64,000 nucleotides of DNA from contig JABAYJ010000005.1 in NCBI GenBank assembly GCA_018609055.1, positions 135,200 through 199,199 on the forward strand. Direction: 5' to 3'. The notes under the pieces are model-generated. The model worked only from the letters and a program-made list of their open reading frames with translations. It was not told the origin of the DNA and searched no databases. A program made the translations under genes and the position numbers. Below, in pieces: positions 29,783 through 39,406 of this stretch; positions within the stretch are counted from its first letter, which is position 1; every line of letters starts with the position of its first letter. The DNA comes from Flavobacteriales bacterium (GTDB lineage: Bacteria > Bacteroidota > Bacteroidia > Flavobacteriales_D > CAJJDF01).

Positions 29783-31471
29783 TTAATTTTCGGAGGGTAT
29801 TAGCTCAGGTTTTGTGTTGTTTTTTAAAAATGTTTGGATAATTATACCCATAATAATTACCGTTCCACTTCCTATGACGTTATAAAGTAGATAACCTAAC
29901 TCGATATATCCATAAACTGATAAAAAGTGACACGAAAGTACAACTATTTGTCCAATAATTCCAGCTATGAAAGCTGCAGTTCCTCCGATCCGCTTGAAGA
30001 AAAATGCCAATAGAAATACCCCTAAAATAGTTCCGTAAAATAACGAACCAAGTATATTCACTAATTGGATTAAGTTCTCGAATAAACCAGCCGTTAATGC
30101 AATGATGATTGCTAAAATTCCCCATGCTACGGTTAGTAATTTACTCACTCTTAAGTCTTTTTTTTCATCTCCTGAATCCTTAAAGAATTTTTTATAAAAA
30201 TCAATGGTAGTAGTAGATGCCAAAGCATTTAATTCTCCTGCTGTAGAACTCATTGCTGCAGAAAATATGACTGCTAGCAACAGCCCAATTAATCCATGAG
30301 GAAGGAAACCAAGAACAAAAGTTAAGAAGATGTAATCACTATCCTTAGACTCATAACCGCTATCAATTTTACTCATTTCGGCTTTGTAGCTATTTCTTAA
30401 AGAGTCTTGCTGAGCTTGTAAAAACTGAATGTTTTTTGTGTTGGTATTTGGAGCTAAAAGTGCTGCCTTTTTTTCTTCAAAAATATCATTGTAGTTGTTC
30501 TCAATCAATAATAAACTCGCTTGTTTTTGTGTCTCAATATTGGTTGCGGAAGTATTAAAAATAATAGGAGGTTTATTGAACTGGAATGATACAAATACCA
30601 TTGCTCCAATAAACAGAATGAAAAACTGCATGGGGATTTTAAGGATTCCGTTAAACATCAATCCCATTCTGGACGCCTTTAATGTTTTTCCTCCTAGGTA
30701 TCTTTGTACTTGGGATTGATCGGTTCCAAAATAGGAAAGGAATAAAAACAAACCAGCAATTAACCCTGACCAAAGCGTGTATTTTTCTTTCAAGTCAAAA
30801 GTAGTATCAATGATTTCCATCTTACCTAATTTCCCAGCAATGTCTATTCCTTCGGTGAGTCCAACTGTTTCTGGAAAACTATCTAACACATAAAAGAATG
30901 CCGCAAACATTCCACCCATTATAATAGTCATTTGCCATTTTTGGGTAAGCGAAACCGCTCTACTTCCTCCCGAAACGGTATAAATAATTACCAAGCCGCC
31001 AATTAGCAAACAGGTTAATTGTAGGTTCCAATTAAGTAAAGTAGAAAGGATAATAGCAGGAGCATAAATGGTGATTCCTGCGGCTAATCCTCTAGAAACA
31101 AGGAATAAAAAAGCAGTAAAAGCTCTAACTCTTACATCAAATCTTTGTTCTAGATATTGGTAAGCTGTGTACACTTTAAGCTTGTAATATATCGGCAGAA
31201 AAAATACCGAAATCAAAATCATGGCTAGCGGCAATCCAAAATAGAATTGCACGAATCCCATTCCGCTTTCGTAAGCTTGCCCTGGAGTTGATAAAAATGT
31301 AATGGCAGAAGCCTGAGTTGCCATGATAGATAAACCAATTGTTGCCCAATTTTCTGAGTTATTCCCTTTTAGGTAACTCTCTAAGTTTTTGTTTTTACGA
31401 GTCTTCCAAGAACCGTAAGTAACTATCGCAAAAAGCGTGAATAATAATACTGCCCAATCTATTAAACTCAT
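29783..31471 (-). CDS. Sodium:solute symporter (SSS) family transporter
   Basis: 562 aa with about 13-14 hydrophobic helices. SSS-type motifs (GGSRAV, FYGTILGVF). Confidence 0.88.
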   Translation of the reverse strand: MSLIDWAVLLFTLFAIVTYGSWKTRKNKNLESYLKGNNSENWATIGLSIMATQASAITFLSTPGQAYESGMGFVQFYFGLPLAMILISVFFLPIYYKLKVYTAYQYLEQRFDVRVRAFTAFLFLVSRGLAAGITIYAPAIILSTLLNWNLQLTCLLIGGLVIIYTVSGGSRAVSLTQKWQMTIIMGGMFAAFFYVLDSFPETVGLTEGIDIAGKLGKMEIIDTTFDLKEKYTLWSGLIAGLFLFLSYFGTDQSQVQRYLGGKTLKASRMGLMFNGILKIPMQFFILFIGAMVFVSFQFNKPPIIFNTSATNIETQKQASLLLIENNYNDIFEEKKAALLAPNTNTKNIQFLQAQQDSLRNSYKAEMSKIDSGYESKDSDYIFLTFVLGFLPHGLIGLLLAVIFSAAMSSTAGELNALASTTTIDFYKKFFKDSGDEKKDLRVSKLLTVAWGILAIIIALTAGLFENLIQLVNILGSLFYGTILGVFLLAFFFKRIGGTAAFIAGIIGQIVVLSCHFLSVYGYIELGYLLYNVIGSGTVIIMGIIIQTFLKNNTKPELIPSEN

Positions 31472-31605
31472 ACTGTGTAAAGATTAGTGATGTAAAAATA
31501 AATAGCTATTTGAACGGCAAGAAATACCATTAACCCCCAATACCAAGCTTTCCAGTTTGTAGTGTCTTTTTCTTCTATTTCGTTATTGTCAGTTGGTTCT
31601 TGCAT
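31468..31605 (-). CDS. Unlisted 45-aa single-pass membrane micro-protein, translationally coupled to the symporter
   Basis: Below the track length cutoff. Reverse translation gives MQEPTDNNEIEEKDTTNWKAWYWGLMVFLAVQIAIYFYITNLYTV. Its ATG (31605) sits 3 nt after the upstream PIG-L gene (whose stop codon is 31610..31608). Its TGA overlaps the symporter ATG (ATGA, 31471..31468). Confidence 0.6.
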   Translation of the reverse strand: MQEPTDNNEIEEKDTTNWKAWYWGLMVFLAVQIAIYFYITNLYTV

Positions 31606-31607
31606 TT

Positions 31608-34025
31608 TTAATAGCTTAGAATATTAGCAAATAATTTATAAGCACCTTCCACACCATTTGGCAGTTCTCTGAAGAAAGAAATTCCTGTGTACACAAACTG
31701 ACCTTCGCCATATTTGGTTACGATTAATGCTCCTTTTTGATCGTCTTCACCTTTATCTGCCCAAGAGAATAATGGGGTGTAACTTTCGTCCCAGTCTCCT
31801 GCAAAATACAAACCTCTTTCTTGAACCCAATTATCAAAATCAGATTTGGTTAGCTTATTGGGAGTAGTCATTATTGGGTGTTTAGGGTCCAAGAATTTCA
31901 CTTTAGCATCTTCTTCAGTCACTCTATTTCTTGTAAGAGAAAAAGGAACTGGACCATAAGTTGATTTGCTTGCTCTTCGGGATGCAGTGTTGTATTGCAT
32001 TACCAAATTCCCACCTTTTTTTACGTATTCAAATAACTTTTCTTCGAAGTTTTTAAGCTCTGGATGAACGTTATAAATTCTTATTCCCAAAACCACAGAT
32101 TGAAATTCGCTTAAGTCTAAAGAAGACAAATCGCTTACTTCAAATCGTTTTACTTCAAATCCTAATTGCTCAATAGCTTCTGGAACAACATCCTCAACTC
32201 CTTTCATATAGGCTACTTTTCCAGGCTTTATTTTAGCATCCAGCTTTACACAGTTGATTTCAGCTTTATTAAATATTACTTGAGTAGGAATATGGTTGTA
32301 AGCTATTTCGGTATACGAATGAATTGTATTTCCTTTAGAATCGGTTAAACTTAAAGTTCCTGATTTAGCTTTGTTAGTTGGCTTAAGTGTTAACTCAATC
32401 CATTGTTCTTGGTGTTTTTTATCTATCGAAACATCAAAAGAAGAAGGATTAACTTCCCAGCCTGCAGGAGCATTAAAAGTAATTTTGTCCTTAAGTCCGT
32501 CTTTAAATGAGTGAACGTTTAATTTCAACCTCTTTTCAATATTTGGTTTTATCACTACTAGTTTTTGCTCAAAATTTGCAGAGAAATCAGGAGTCTTGAT
32601 TACCTCTCTTCTTTTTTCACCATAAGAAGGAATTCGCCATTTGTAGATTCCTGTTAATGGGAAAGTAATCGTGTCATTCACAATTAGTAAAGTAACTACT
32701 TTGATGAAAGAAGGAGTTGATTCTGGCTGAAGTAAATCGATAGAATTATCTACAGTAAATAACGTAGAGAAAGGTTTATTAAGCCAATAAGGATTAGTAA
32801 TTTGGTTTACATTACTTACCAGAATATTTTCAGAAAAGCTTTTGTTTTGTACCAAATCAATACTCTTCCCATCTAAAATTACTGATAAAGGAACAGAACC
32901 TCTATTAAGAATTTCTAATTCGAAAAAGCTAGAATCATCAGATTGATAAACAAAATCTTTTGCCAATAGTTCGGTATAGATTCCCAAGCAATCTAGAATC
33001 AGTTCTGTACATAAAGCTATTTTCTCCTTTTTAAACTCAGAGCTAGGAAGTTTATTTAAGTCATTTCGGATTTCGATTAATTCAGAAACATTGTTTTCTG
33101 GTTCTTTAAAATCAAAGCTAGATACCAATCTATTAAATCTTGATTCAAATTCTTGGCTTACTAGTTTACCCCAAGTTTGAGTGTTTTTTTCGAAGAAAGA
33201 ACCTTTTAGTTTCTCTCCTTTCAAGTGTTGAAAGTACTCAGTTCTTGATCCTCTCTCAGTAATAGCGCCAAAACCTTGACACTTATGTTGGGATCTTGCT
33301 TTTGTTCCAATTTCATTGTAAGATTTTCCTAAATAAGAATTGTAACCACCAATCTCAACTACTAAATAATCTTCATTATTTTTAGCTTGTTCAGGTAAAT
33401 CCTTGAACCACCAAACAGATGAATTCCAATAGACTGAAGTAGTTTTCCAAGTTCCAAATTCTTTTACTTGTTCAGGAAGAAATCTTGAGTCAGCAGCTTT
33501 TTCAAAAGCTTCAATAGCCAACATTGCCGAAGCAGTATGATGTCCGTGTCCACCTCTTTTATCTGGAGGAAAACGCGTTACAATTACATCTGGTCTAAAT
33601 TTTCTAATCATTAAAACCACATCAGAAAGAACTTCATCCTTCCCCCATTTTTTAAATGATTCTTCGGCAGATTTTGAATACCCAAAATCTACAGCTCGTG
33701 TAAAATATTGAGAAGCTCCATCATAAGAACGAGCAGCTAATAGTTCTTGAGTTCTTAATACTCCAAGTTGTTCGCTTAATTCATTACCAATTAAGTTTTG
33801 TCCACCATCTCCACGAGTTAGACATAAATAGGCAGTTTCGGCCTTTTCTCCTAAAGAAAACCAAGCAAGAGCTCTCGTATTTTCGTCATCTGGGTGAGCA
33901 GCAATATATAGGACTCTTTTAAGTGAGTGTAGTTTTTGAAGCCCTACATAAATCTCGGAAGCAGGCTTGTTGGCAGTAACAGAAAGTGCAGAAAGCACCA
34001 TTAGTAATAGAAATATTCTTTTCAT
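31608..34025 (-). CDS. Secreted multidomain PIG-L/LmbE-family deacetylase with a C-terminal ThuA/GATase1-like domain
   Basis: 805 aa. Signal peptide. AHPDDEN and GHGHHTAS LmbE zinc motifs at the N-terminus. The C-terminal VVLGIRIYN...GGNLVMQYNT region resembles a class I amidotransferase-like fold. Confidence 0.8.
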   Translation of the reverse strand: MKRIFLLLMVLSALSVTANKPASEIYVGLQKLHSLKRVLYIAAHPDDENTRALAWFSLGEKAETAYLCLTRGDGGQNLIGNELSEQLGVLRTQELLAARSYDGASQYFTRAVDFGYSKSAEESFKKWGKDEVLSDVVLMIRKFRPDVIVTRFPPDKRGGHGHHTASAMLAIEAFEKAADSRFLPEQVKEFGTWKTTSVYWNSSVWWFKDLPEQAKNNEDYLVVEIGGYNSYLGKSYNEIGTKARSQHKCQGFGAITERGSRTEYFQHLKGEKLKGSFFEKNTQTWGKLVSQEFESRFNRLVSSFDFKEPENNVSELIEIRNDLNKLPSSEFKKEKIALCTELILDCLGIYTELLAKDFVYQSDDSSFFELEILNRGSVPLSVILDGKSIDLVQNKSFSENILVSNVNQITNPYWLNKPFSTLFTVDNSIDLLQPESTPSFIKVVTLLIVNDTITFPLTGIYKWRIPSYGEKRREVIKTPDFSANFEQKLVVIKPNIEKRLKLNVHSFKDGLKDKITFNAPAGWEVNPSSFDVSIDKKHQEQWIELTLKPTNKAKSGTLSLTDSKGNTIHSYTEIAYNHIPTQVIFNKAEINCVKLDAKIKPGKVAYMKGVEDVVPEAIEQLGFEVKRFEVSDLSSLDLSEFQSVVLGIRIYNVHPELKNFEEKLFEYVKKGGNLVMQYNTASRRASKSTYGPVPFSLTRNRVTEEDAKVKFLDPKHPIMTTPNKLTKSDFDNWVQERGLYFAGDWDESYTPLFSWADKGEDDQKGALIVTKYGEGQFVYTGISFFRELPNGVEGAYKLFANILSY

Positions 34026-34176
34026 AAATTGAAACTCAGTTTTTTTAATCAGTGATAAAGATAAGGAAATAGATGGTTAGATTTTATAGAAAAAACGAAC
34101 CCATTTTTATAAAAGTTAAAAAATCATAAAGCCAAAATACTGAATACTAAACCTCGTTAGCCATAAAAAACAAATT

Positions 34177-34683
34177 ATGGTAAACTATCTGATATTCAGA
34201 AAAACTCGCTCACTTCGAGCACAAATTTTTAATCGGGTTGCATTGCCTTCAGTGCTTTTGTATCGCGATTTATTTAAAAACAACAAATTATCCTGGGGAG
34301 AATCTCGTGAATCGCTTGAGCGGTTTAGTGAAGGAACTTTAGGTAAACAACTCTCGAATTTTTTATATGAAAACTCTATCGACCTTCAGCCTAAAATGGA
34401 AAACCATGATGTATTTCACGTTATTTTGGGCTATAATACTTCGCTTCCTGAAGAAGCGGCTCTTCATTTTTTTCTTATTGGTAATAACAAGAAATCACGT
34501 TATGCCAAGATAGCTGCCTTAGTCGGTTTTGCTATTTTTCCTGAATACATTTCGCTTTACCGCTCAGCTTATCGCAGAGGAAAAAACACGTGTCATTTTA
34601 CAAGCTGGGAGTTTAAGGATTTACTGTTTATGGAGGTAAATCAGTTTAGGGAAGATATTGGACTGGCTGATAGGAAGGATTAA
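34177..34683 (+). CDS. Coq4-family-like protein (HDxxH-x11-E motif)
   Basis: 168 aa. GTLGKQLSNFLYENSIDLQPKMENHDVFHVILGYNTSLPEEAALHFF contains HDVFH followed 11 residues later by E, the zinc-ligand pattern of COQ4. Start codon uncertain. Confidence 0.55.
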   Translation: MVNYLIFRKTRSLRAQIFNRVALPSVLLYRDLFKNNKLSWGESRESLERFSEGTLGKQLSNFLYENSIDLQPKMENHDVFHVILGYNTSLPEEAALHFFLIGNNKKSRYAKIAALVGFAIFPEYISLYRSAYRRGKNTCHFTSWEFKDLLFMEVNQFREDIGLADRKD

Positions 34684-34684
34684 T

Positions 34685-36934
34685 TTACTTCCTTTTTCTC
34701 AACCAATTAAGGATGACAGGTAGTAAATACAAATCGCAAACAAGAGCAACAACCAAACTAATTGTTACCAATAAACCTGTGATGTAGTTAGCGTAAAAAT
34801 TTGAAAGAATTAATACTCCAAATCCTACAACTAAAACTAAAGTGGTTAAGAAAATTGCACCACCACTAGTCTGAATAGTCGTAATAATTGAGTCATAATT
34901 TTTGTTTCCTTTATCTAGTTCTATTTTATATCTACCAAGGAAATGAATGGTGTCGTCTACTGCAATACCAAATGCAATGGTATATACAATCGTAGTTCCA
35001 ATATTCATCCCAAAATCAAACCAACCTACTATTGCAGTAATCGCAATTAATGGCAATATATTGGGAAATAGAGAGAAAAATCCGATTGGAAATGATTTAA
35101 AAATAAACGATATCATTAAGAAAATAAACAAGACAATAATGACAAGATTCCATATCATATCATTGGATACATTTACATTGGTTTCATCAATGATAAAGGC
35201 ATTTCCGCCAAAATTTACTTCTAAGTCTGGAGTGTTTATTTTTGCAAATTCGAGTAATTCGCGATTAGTTTTTCTGGTTTCGTAACTACCAAAATCTTTA
35301 GCTTTTGTTTGTATGAAAGTAGAGTTGTTTTCTCTAGAAACAAACCCTTTTAATTTTAATAGCTTGGCATTTTGAACCAATTTACTTCTTATTTTTTTTG
35401 TCTCATAATCATCTTCAGGAATACGATATCGAGTAGCAAATCCTCCGTTTAGTGCTCTATTTACTTGTTTGGCTGCTGTTGCTAGTCCAACATTTATAGT
35501 AGCTTGATATTTGTCTTCAACAAAATTTTCTATTTTATCAAGTTGGGCTAATATCTTTTGGTTAAATAACGAAGCGTTAGAATCTTTGACTTTTATTGTA
35601 ATAGTTAAATCACGTATCCCGTACATATCGTATTCCATGAAATTCATTACACTTGTAATCTCATCTTTTTCGCCCATATTTTCGTACACAAAATTATTGT
35701 GTTTTACTCTTAGTATACCCAGAGTAGAAAATATGATTGCTATACCTGTAACAATTAATGTTGGCTTAACCCATAATTTCTTTGGAGTAAGTTTATCTAG
35801 AGTGTTGTGAACTGTTATTTTTTTAGAGTAATATAACAACACAGGTAATAGAAAGTACGCCAAGAAAAAAGCATAGAATACACCTACAGCTGTGAAAATT
35901 GAAAACTCATTAAAGACCTGAATGTTTGAGTTCAATAATGAAAGGAACCCAAAAGAAGTGGTAAGTGTAGTAAGGATAATAGCTTTGAGAATATCTTTCT
36001 GTGTTGCTCTTATTTTTTCAATTTTATCTTCTCCTTGTTCCTCACTATATCTAGAAATAATATGGATAACATCACTTAAAGAAATTACACCTACAATTAC
36101 AGGAATAGCTATAGTAAGCACGTTAATTTCATAACCAAAAAGAGCAATACTTCCAATTATCCAAACCACTGAACTAACTATAATTGAAAAAGGAATTAAG
36201 ACTCCCGCCAGAGATCTAAAGAAATACAATAAGATTAAGATAATAAGAATGAAAGCTATGGTTACTAACCTTCCTGAGTCTGACTTTATTTTTTCTGAAA
36301 TAAGGAATTCATTGTGTTTCGTGTTCACAAAAAAGACATCTCCAAAATTAAATTGCTTGGCAATACTGTCTGTTTGCTTTCTCATTAATTTTAATGATTC
36401 TAAAGGGATAGAGTCATTAATAATGGCATAAATTAGAGATGACTTATTGTCTTTTCCTAAAAATTTATTCTTAATATCCTGCAAGGAATCTAGCTCTAAC
36501 AATGATTGGTTAAATTCTTCTTCAGAATCAAGATTAAGAACATCATATGGTATTGTCCCAACACTTGAAAATAGTGCTAATTGTTGATTGGTAAGAGAAT
36601 AAACACTTTGGATTTCATTAATGAGCTTTATAGAATTCGTAAATGAATCTATTGCCAATGCTGTCTCATAGTCCAAAGCCTTGTCGTTCTTTACCCCAAC
36701 CATTATGGTGTTTGGTAATTCTTCTTTGAAATGGCTAAAAAACTCTTTGTTAAATAAATACACTTTCTCGTCTTTATCGAAAAAGTCATCCATGTTTTGA
36801 CCAAAAGAAGTTTTGGTAAGTTGGTAAGTGAAAAAAGCTGTTATAATTGAAAACAGTAAAAGGACTAGTTTTCTATATCGAGTTGCAAATACCAAATTAG
36901 TGTGTTTTGAGTTCAAATTTAGAAAAATTGACAC
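34685..36934 (-). CDS. RND-superfamily / MMPL-type exporter (two SSD-like 6-TM halves)
   Basis: 749 aa with two repeated blocks of hydrophobic helices separated by large soluble loops. MMPL/HpnN-like organisation. Confidence 0.8.
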   Translation of the reverse strand: MSIFLNLNSKHTNLVFATRYRKLVLLLFSIITAFFTYQLTKTSFGQNMDDFFDKDEKVYLFNKEFFSHFKEELPNTIMVGVKNDKALDYETALAIDSFTNSIKLINEIQSVYSLTNQQLALFSSVGTIPYDVLNLDSEEEFNQSLLELDSLQDIKNKFLGKDNKSSLIYAIINDSIPLESLKLMRKQTDSIAKQFNFGDVFFVNTKHNEFLISEKIKSDSGRLVTIAFILIILILLYFFRSLAGVLIPFSIIVSSVVWIIGSIALFGYEINVLTIAIPVIVGVISLSDVIHIISRYSEEQGEDKIEKIRATQKDILKAIILTTLTTSFGFLSLLNSNIQVFNEFSIFTAVGVFYAFFLAYFLLPVLLYYSKKITVHNTLDKLTPKKLWVKPTLIVTGIAIIFSTLGILRVKHNNFVYENMGEKDEITSVMNFMEYDMYGIRDLTITIKVKDSNASLFNQKILAQLDKIENFVEDKYQATINVGLATAAKQVNRALNGGFATRYRIPEDDYETKKIRSKLVQNAKLLKLKGFVSRENNSTFIQTKAKDFGSYETRKTNRELLEFAKINTPDLEVNFGGNAFIIDETNVNVSNDMIWNLVIIVLFIFLMISFIFKSFPIGFFSLFPNILPLIAITAIVGWFDFGMNIGTTIVYTIAFGIAVDDTIHFLGRYKIELDKGNKNYDSIITTIQTSGGAIFLTTLVLVVGFGVLILSNFYANYITGLLVTISLVVALVCDLYLLPVILNWLRKRK

Positions 36935-37012
36935 TTACAAATAGAAGAAATGTAATTTTTATTTTCAGTTAAACAATTGTAATTTTAAACAAACAAATAA
37001 TCCCACTAATTT

Positions 37013-37273
37013 ATGCCAACTCTCCCTTTCAAAAATGTAGAACATGTTGTTTACGAGCACCAAACGGAAGGTAGGTTAGTTGCTATAGAAAAAACTGAAT
37101 CTAAAAGGGTGGGAGTTTTTTTTAAAGCTAACAAAGGAAAGAAATCAAAGCCAAATGAAAAGATTAAAGGGCATTGGTTTATAATAGATGAAGAATACAA
37201 TTCGTTAAAAATAGATTTTAGCCAAGAAGTGGAAGTAGAAATTAAGGAATTGGAATTATTTCCTTTGAAGTAG
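37013..37273 (+). CDS. Hypothetical 86-aa protein
   Basis: ORF ending 3 nt before the recQ ATG. No recognisable motif. Confidence 0.4.
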   Translation: MPTLPFKNVEHVVYEHQTEGRLVAIEKTESKRVGVFFKANKGKKSKPNEKIKGHWFIIDEEYNSLKIDFSQEVEVEIKELELFPLK

Positions 37274-37276
37274 AGT

Positions 37277-39406
37277 ATGTCAAAACAACCTAAAGAATTA
37301 TTAAAAACCGTTTTCGGTTATGATGAATTTCGTCCTTTACAGGAGGAAATAATAAACCGAACCCTAGAGGGAAACGACAGTTTTGTGCTTATGCCTACTG
37401 GTGGTGGGAAATCTATGTGTTTTCAGATTCCTGCTTTGTGCATGGATGGAATTACCATTGTGGTATCTCCTCTTATTTCATTAATGAAAGATCAGGTTCA
37501 GGCATTAAAATCGAATGGCATAAAAGCCGATTTTTTTAATAGTTCTATTTCTCCTGAAGAAGAGAATGCAGTTATTGATAGAGCAATGAAAGGGGAGCTA
37601 CAATTGTTGTATTTATCTCCAGAGAAATTAATATCGGTTAGTAATACTTGGCTTAGAGAATTGAATATTAAGTTAGTGGCAGTAGATGAAGCGCACTGTG
37701 TGAGTATGTGGGGACATGATTTTAGACCCGAATATACTCAATTGAAAAACTTTAGAAATTCATTGCCTGAAGTTCCTTTTATGGCACTTACTGCTACAGC
37801 AGATAAATCGGCTAGGAAAGATATTGAACAGCAACTGGGATTAAGAAAATCAAAATTGTTTATTTCTTCTTTTGATAGAAAGAACCTAAGTATTGAAGTA
37901 AAAGGAATGGTTCCTAAAAAACAAAAGCTTCAAGAAATAAAACGATTTATAAAATCTAAAAAAGGAGAAGGAGGAATCATTTATTGTTTGAGTAGAAAAA
38001 ATACTGAGGAGGTCTCTGCTTATTTGGAGGTAGAAGGATTATCCGTAGCTCATTATCATGCTGGGATGAATGCAGAAGATAGAGAAGAGGTGCAAACCAA
38101 ATTTATAAATGACGATATTAAAATAATTGTAGCGACCATTGCTTTTGGGATGGGAATAGATAAACCCAATGTAAGGTGGGTGATTCATTATAATTTACCT
38201 AAGAACTTAGAAGGATATTACCAAGAAATAGGAAGAGCAGGAAGAGACGGATTGCCATCTGATACGATTTTGTATTATAACATGGCTGATTTTTTAATGT
38301 ACAGTAAGTTTGCCGATAATGGAGCAAACTCTGGGATGCAAAAAGAGAAATTGAATAGAATGTTGCAGTTTGCTGAGGCAAAATCTTGCCGAAGAAAAAT
38401 TTTGTTGTCTTATTTTGGGGAACACCTTACCGAAGATTGTGGAAACTGTGACGTGTGTAGTAATCCTCCAACTAATTTTGATGGAACTGTGTTGGCTCAA
38501 AAAGCATTATCTACGGTAGTGAGGTTGAAGGAAAAAGAAGGAATAGGTATGGTGGTGAATGTATTGAGAGGTTCTCAAAATGCAGAGATTCATGCCAAAG
38601 GATATGCAGGAGTTAAGACTTATGGAATTGCCAAAGAAACTAGTTTTTACGATTGGCGAGATTATATGGTTCAGTTGGCAAATCAAGGTGCTTTGGAGAT
38701 ATTGTACAGTGAAAATTCTTCGCTTAAGATGACCGAGATAGGTTGGAAGATTGTGAAAGGGGAAAAGAAAATTCAGATGACTAGGCCTGTTCAGTTGAAA
38801 GACAAGGAGACATTAAAGAAGAAAAAACCAGTAAAAATTATTTCATCCAATGAGGTGAATAACGACTTGTTTGAGGATTTGAGAAAGTTGAGGTCTACGA
38901 TTGCTAAGGAAGAAAATGTGCCAGCTTATATTGTGTTTGGAGATAAAACTTTAAAAGAAATGGCGGCAGAATTGCCGACTACAGAAAATGAATTTTTGGC
39001 AATCTCTGGAGTTGGGATGAATAAAATGGAGCAGTTTGGAGAAGAATTTATGGAGGTGATACGAAAGTATAAGAACGAAAAACAAAGCAATCCAAAGACA
39101 AAGAAAGTACCGACAACATTGACTACTTTTTATTTTTATAAACAAGGATTCACACCCGACCAAATTGCAGAGAAAAGAGACTTGCAATTGATGACAGTTT
39201 ATTCACATTTATCTCAATTATATTCTGAAGGAAAAGAGGTGAATTTAGCAAAGTTTGTTACTCCAGAAATTATTAAAAAAGTAAAAGTAGCTTTTGATAA
39301 AAACGAACGAAAATTTGAATTGAAACCAATTTTCGAAGCTTTGGATGAGGAAGTTCCTTACCACGAAATCAGAATTGCTTTAGCATTAATTCTAAGAGAT
39401 GAATAA
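37277..39406 (+). CDS. recQ: ATP-dependent DNA helicase RecQ (with HRDC and an extra C-terminal HTH-like domain)
   Basis: 709 aa. FGYDEFRPLQEEII, MPTGGGKS, DEAHCVSMWGHDFRPEY, zinc-binding CRRKILLSYFGE...CGNCDVC, HRDC region. Confidence 0.96.
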   Translation: MSKQPKELLKTVFGYDEFRPLQEEIINRTLEGNDSFVLMPTGGGKSMCFQIPALCMDGITIVVSPLISLMKDQVQALKSNGIKADFFNSSISPEEENAVIDRAMKGELQLLYLSPEKLISVSNTWLRELNIKLVAVDEAHCVSMWGHDFRPEYTQLKNFRNSLPEVPFMALTATADKSARKDIEQQLGLRKSKLFISSFDRKNLSIEVKGMVPKKQKLQEIKRFIKSKKGEGGIIYCLSRKNTEEVSAYLEVEGLSVAHYHAGMNAEDREEVQTKFINDDIKIIVATIAFGMGIDKPNVRWVIHYNLPKNLEGYYQEIGRAGRDGLPSDTILYYNMADFLMYSKFADNGANSGMQKEKLNRMLQFAEAKSCRRKILLSYFGEHLTEDCGNCDVCSNPPTNFDGTVLAQKALSTVVRLKEKEGIGMVVNVLRGSQNAEIHAKGYAGVKTYGIAKETSFYDWRDYMVQLANQGALEILYSENSSLKMTEIGWKIVKGEKKIQMTRPVQLKDKETLKKKKPVKIISSNEVNNDLFEDLRKLRSTIAKEENVPAYIVFGDKTLKEMAAELPTTENEFLAISGVGMNKMEQFGEEFMEVIRKYKNEKQSNPKTKKVPTTLTTFYFYKQGFTPDQIAEKRDLQLMTVYSHLSQLYSEGKEVNLAKFVTPEIIKKVKVAFDKNERKFELKPIFEALDEEVPYHEIRIALALILRDE

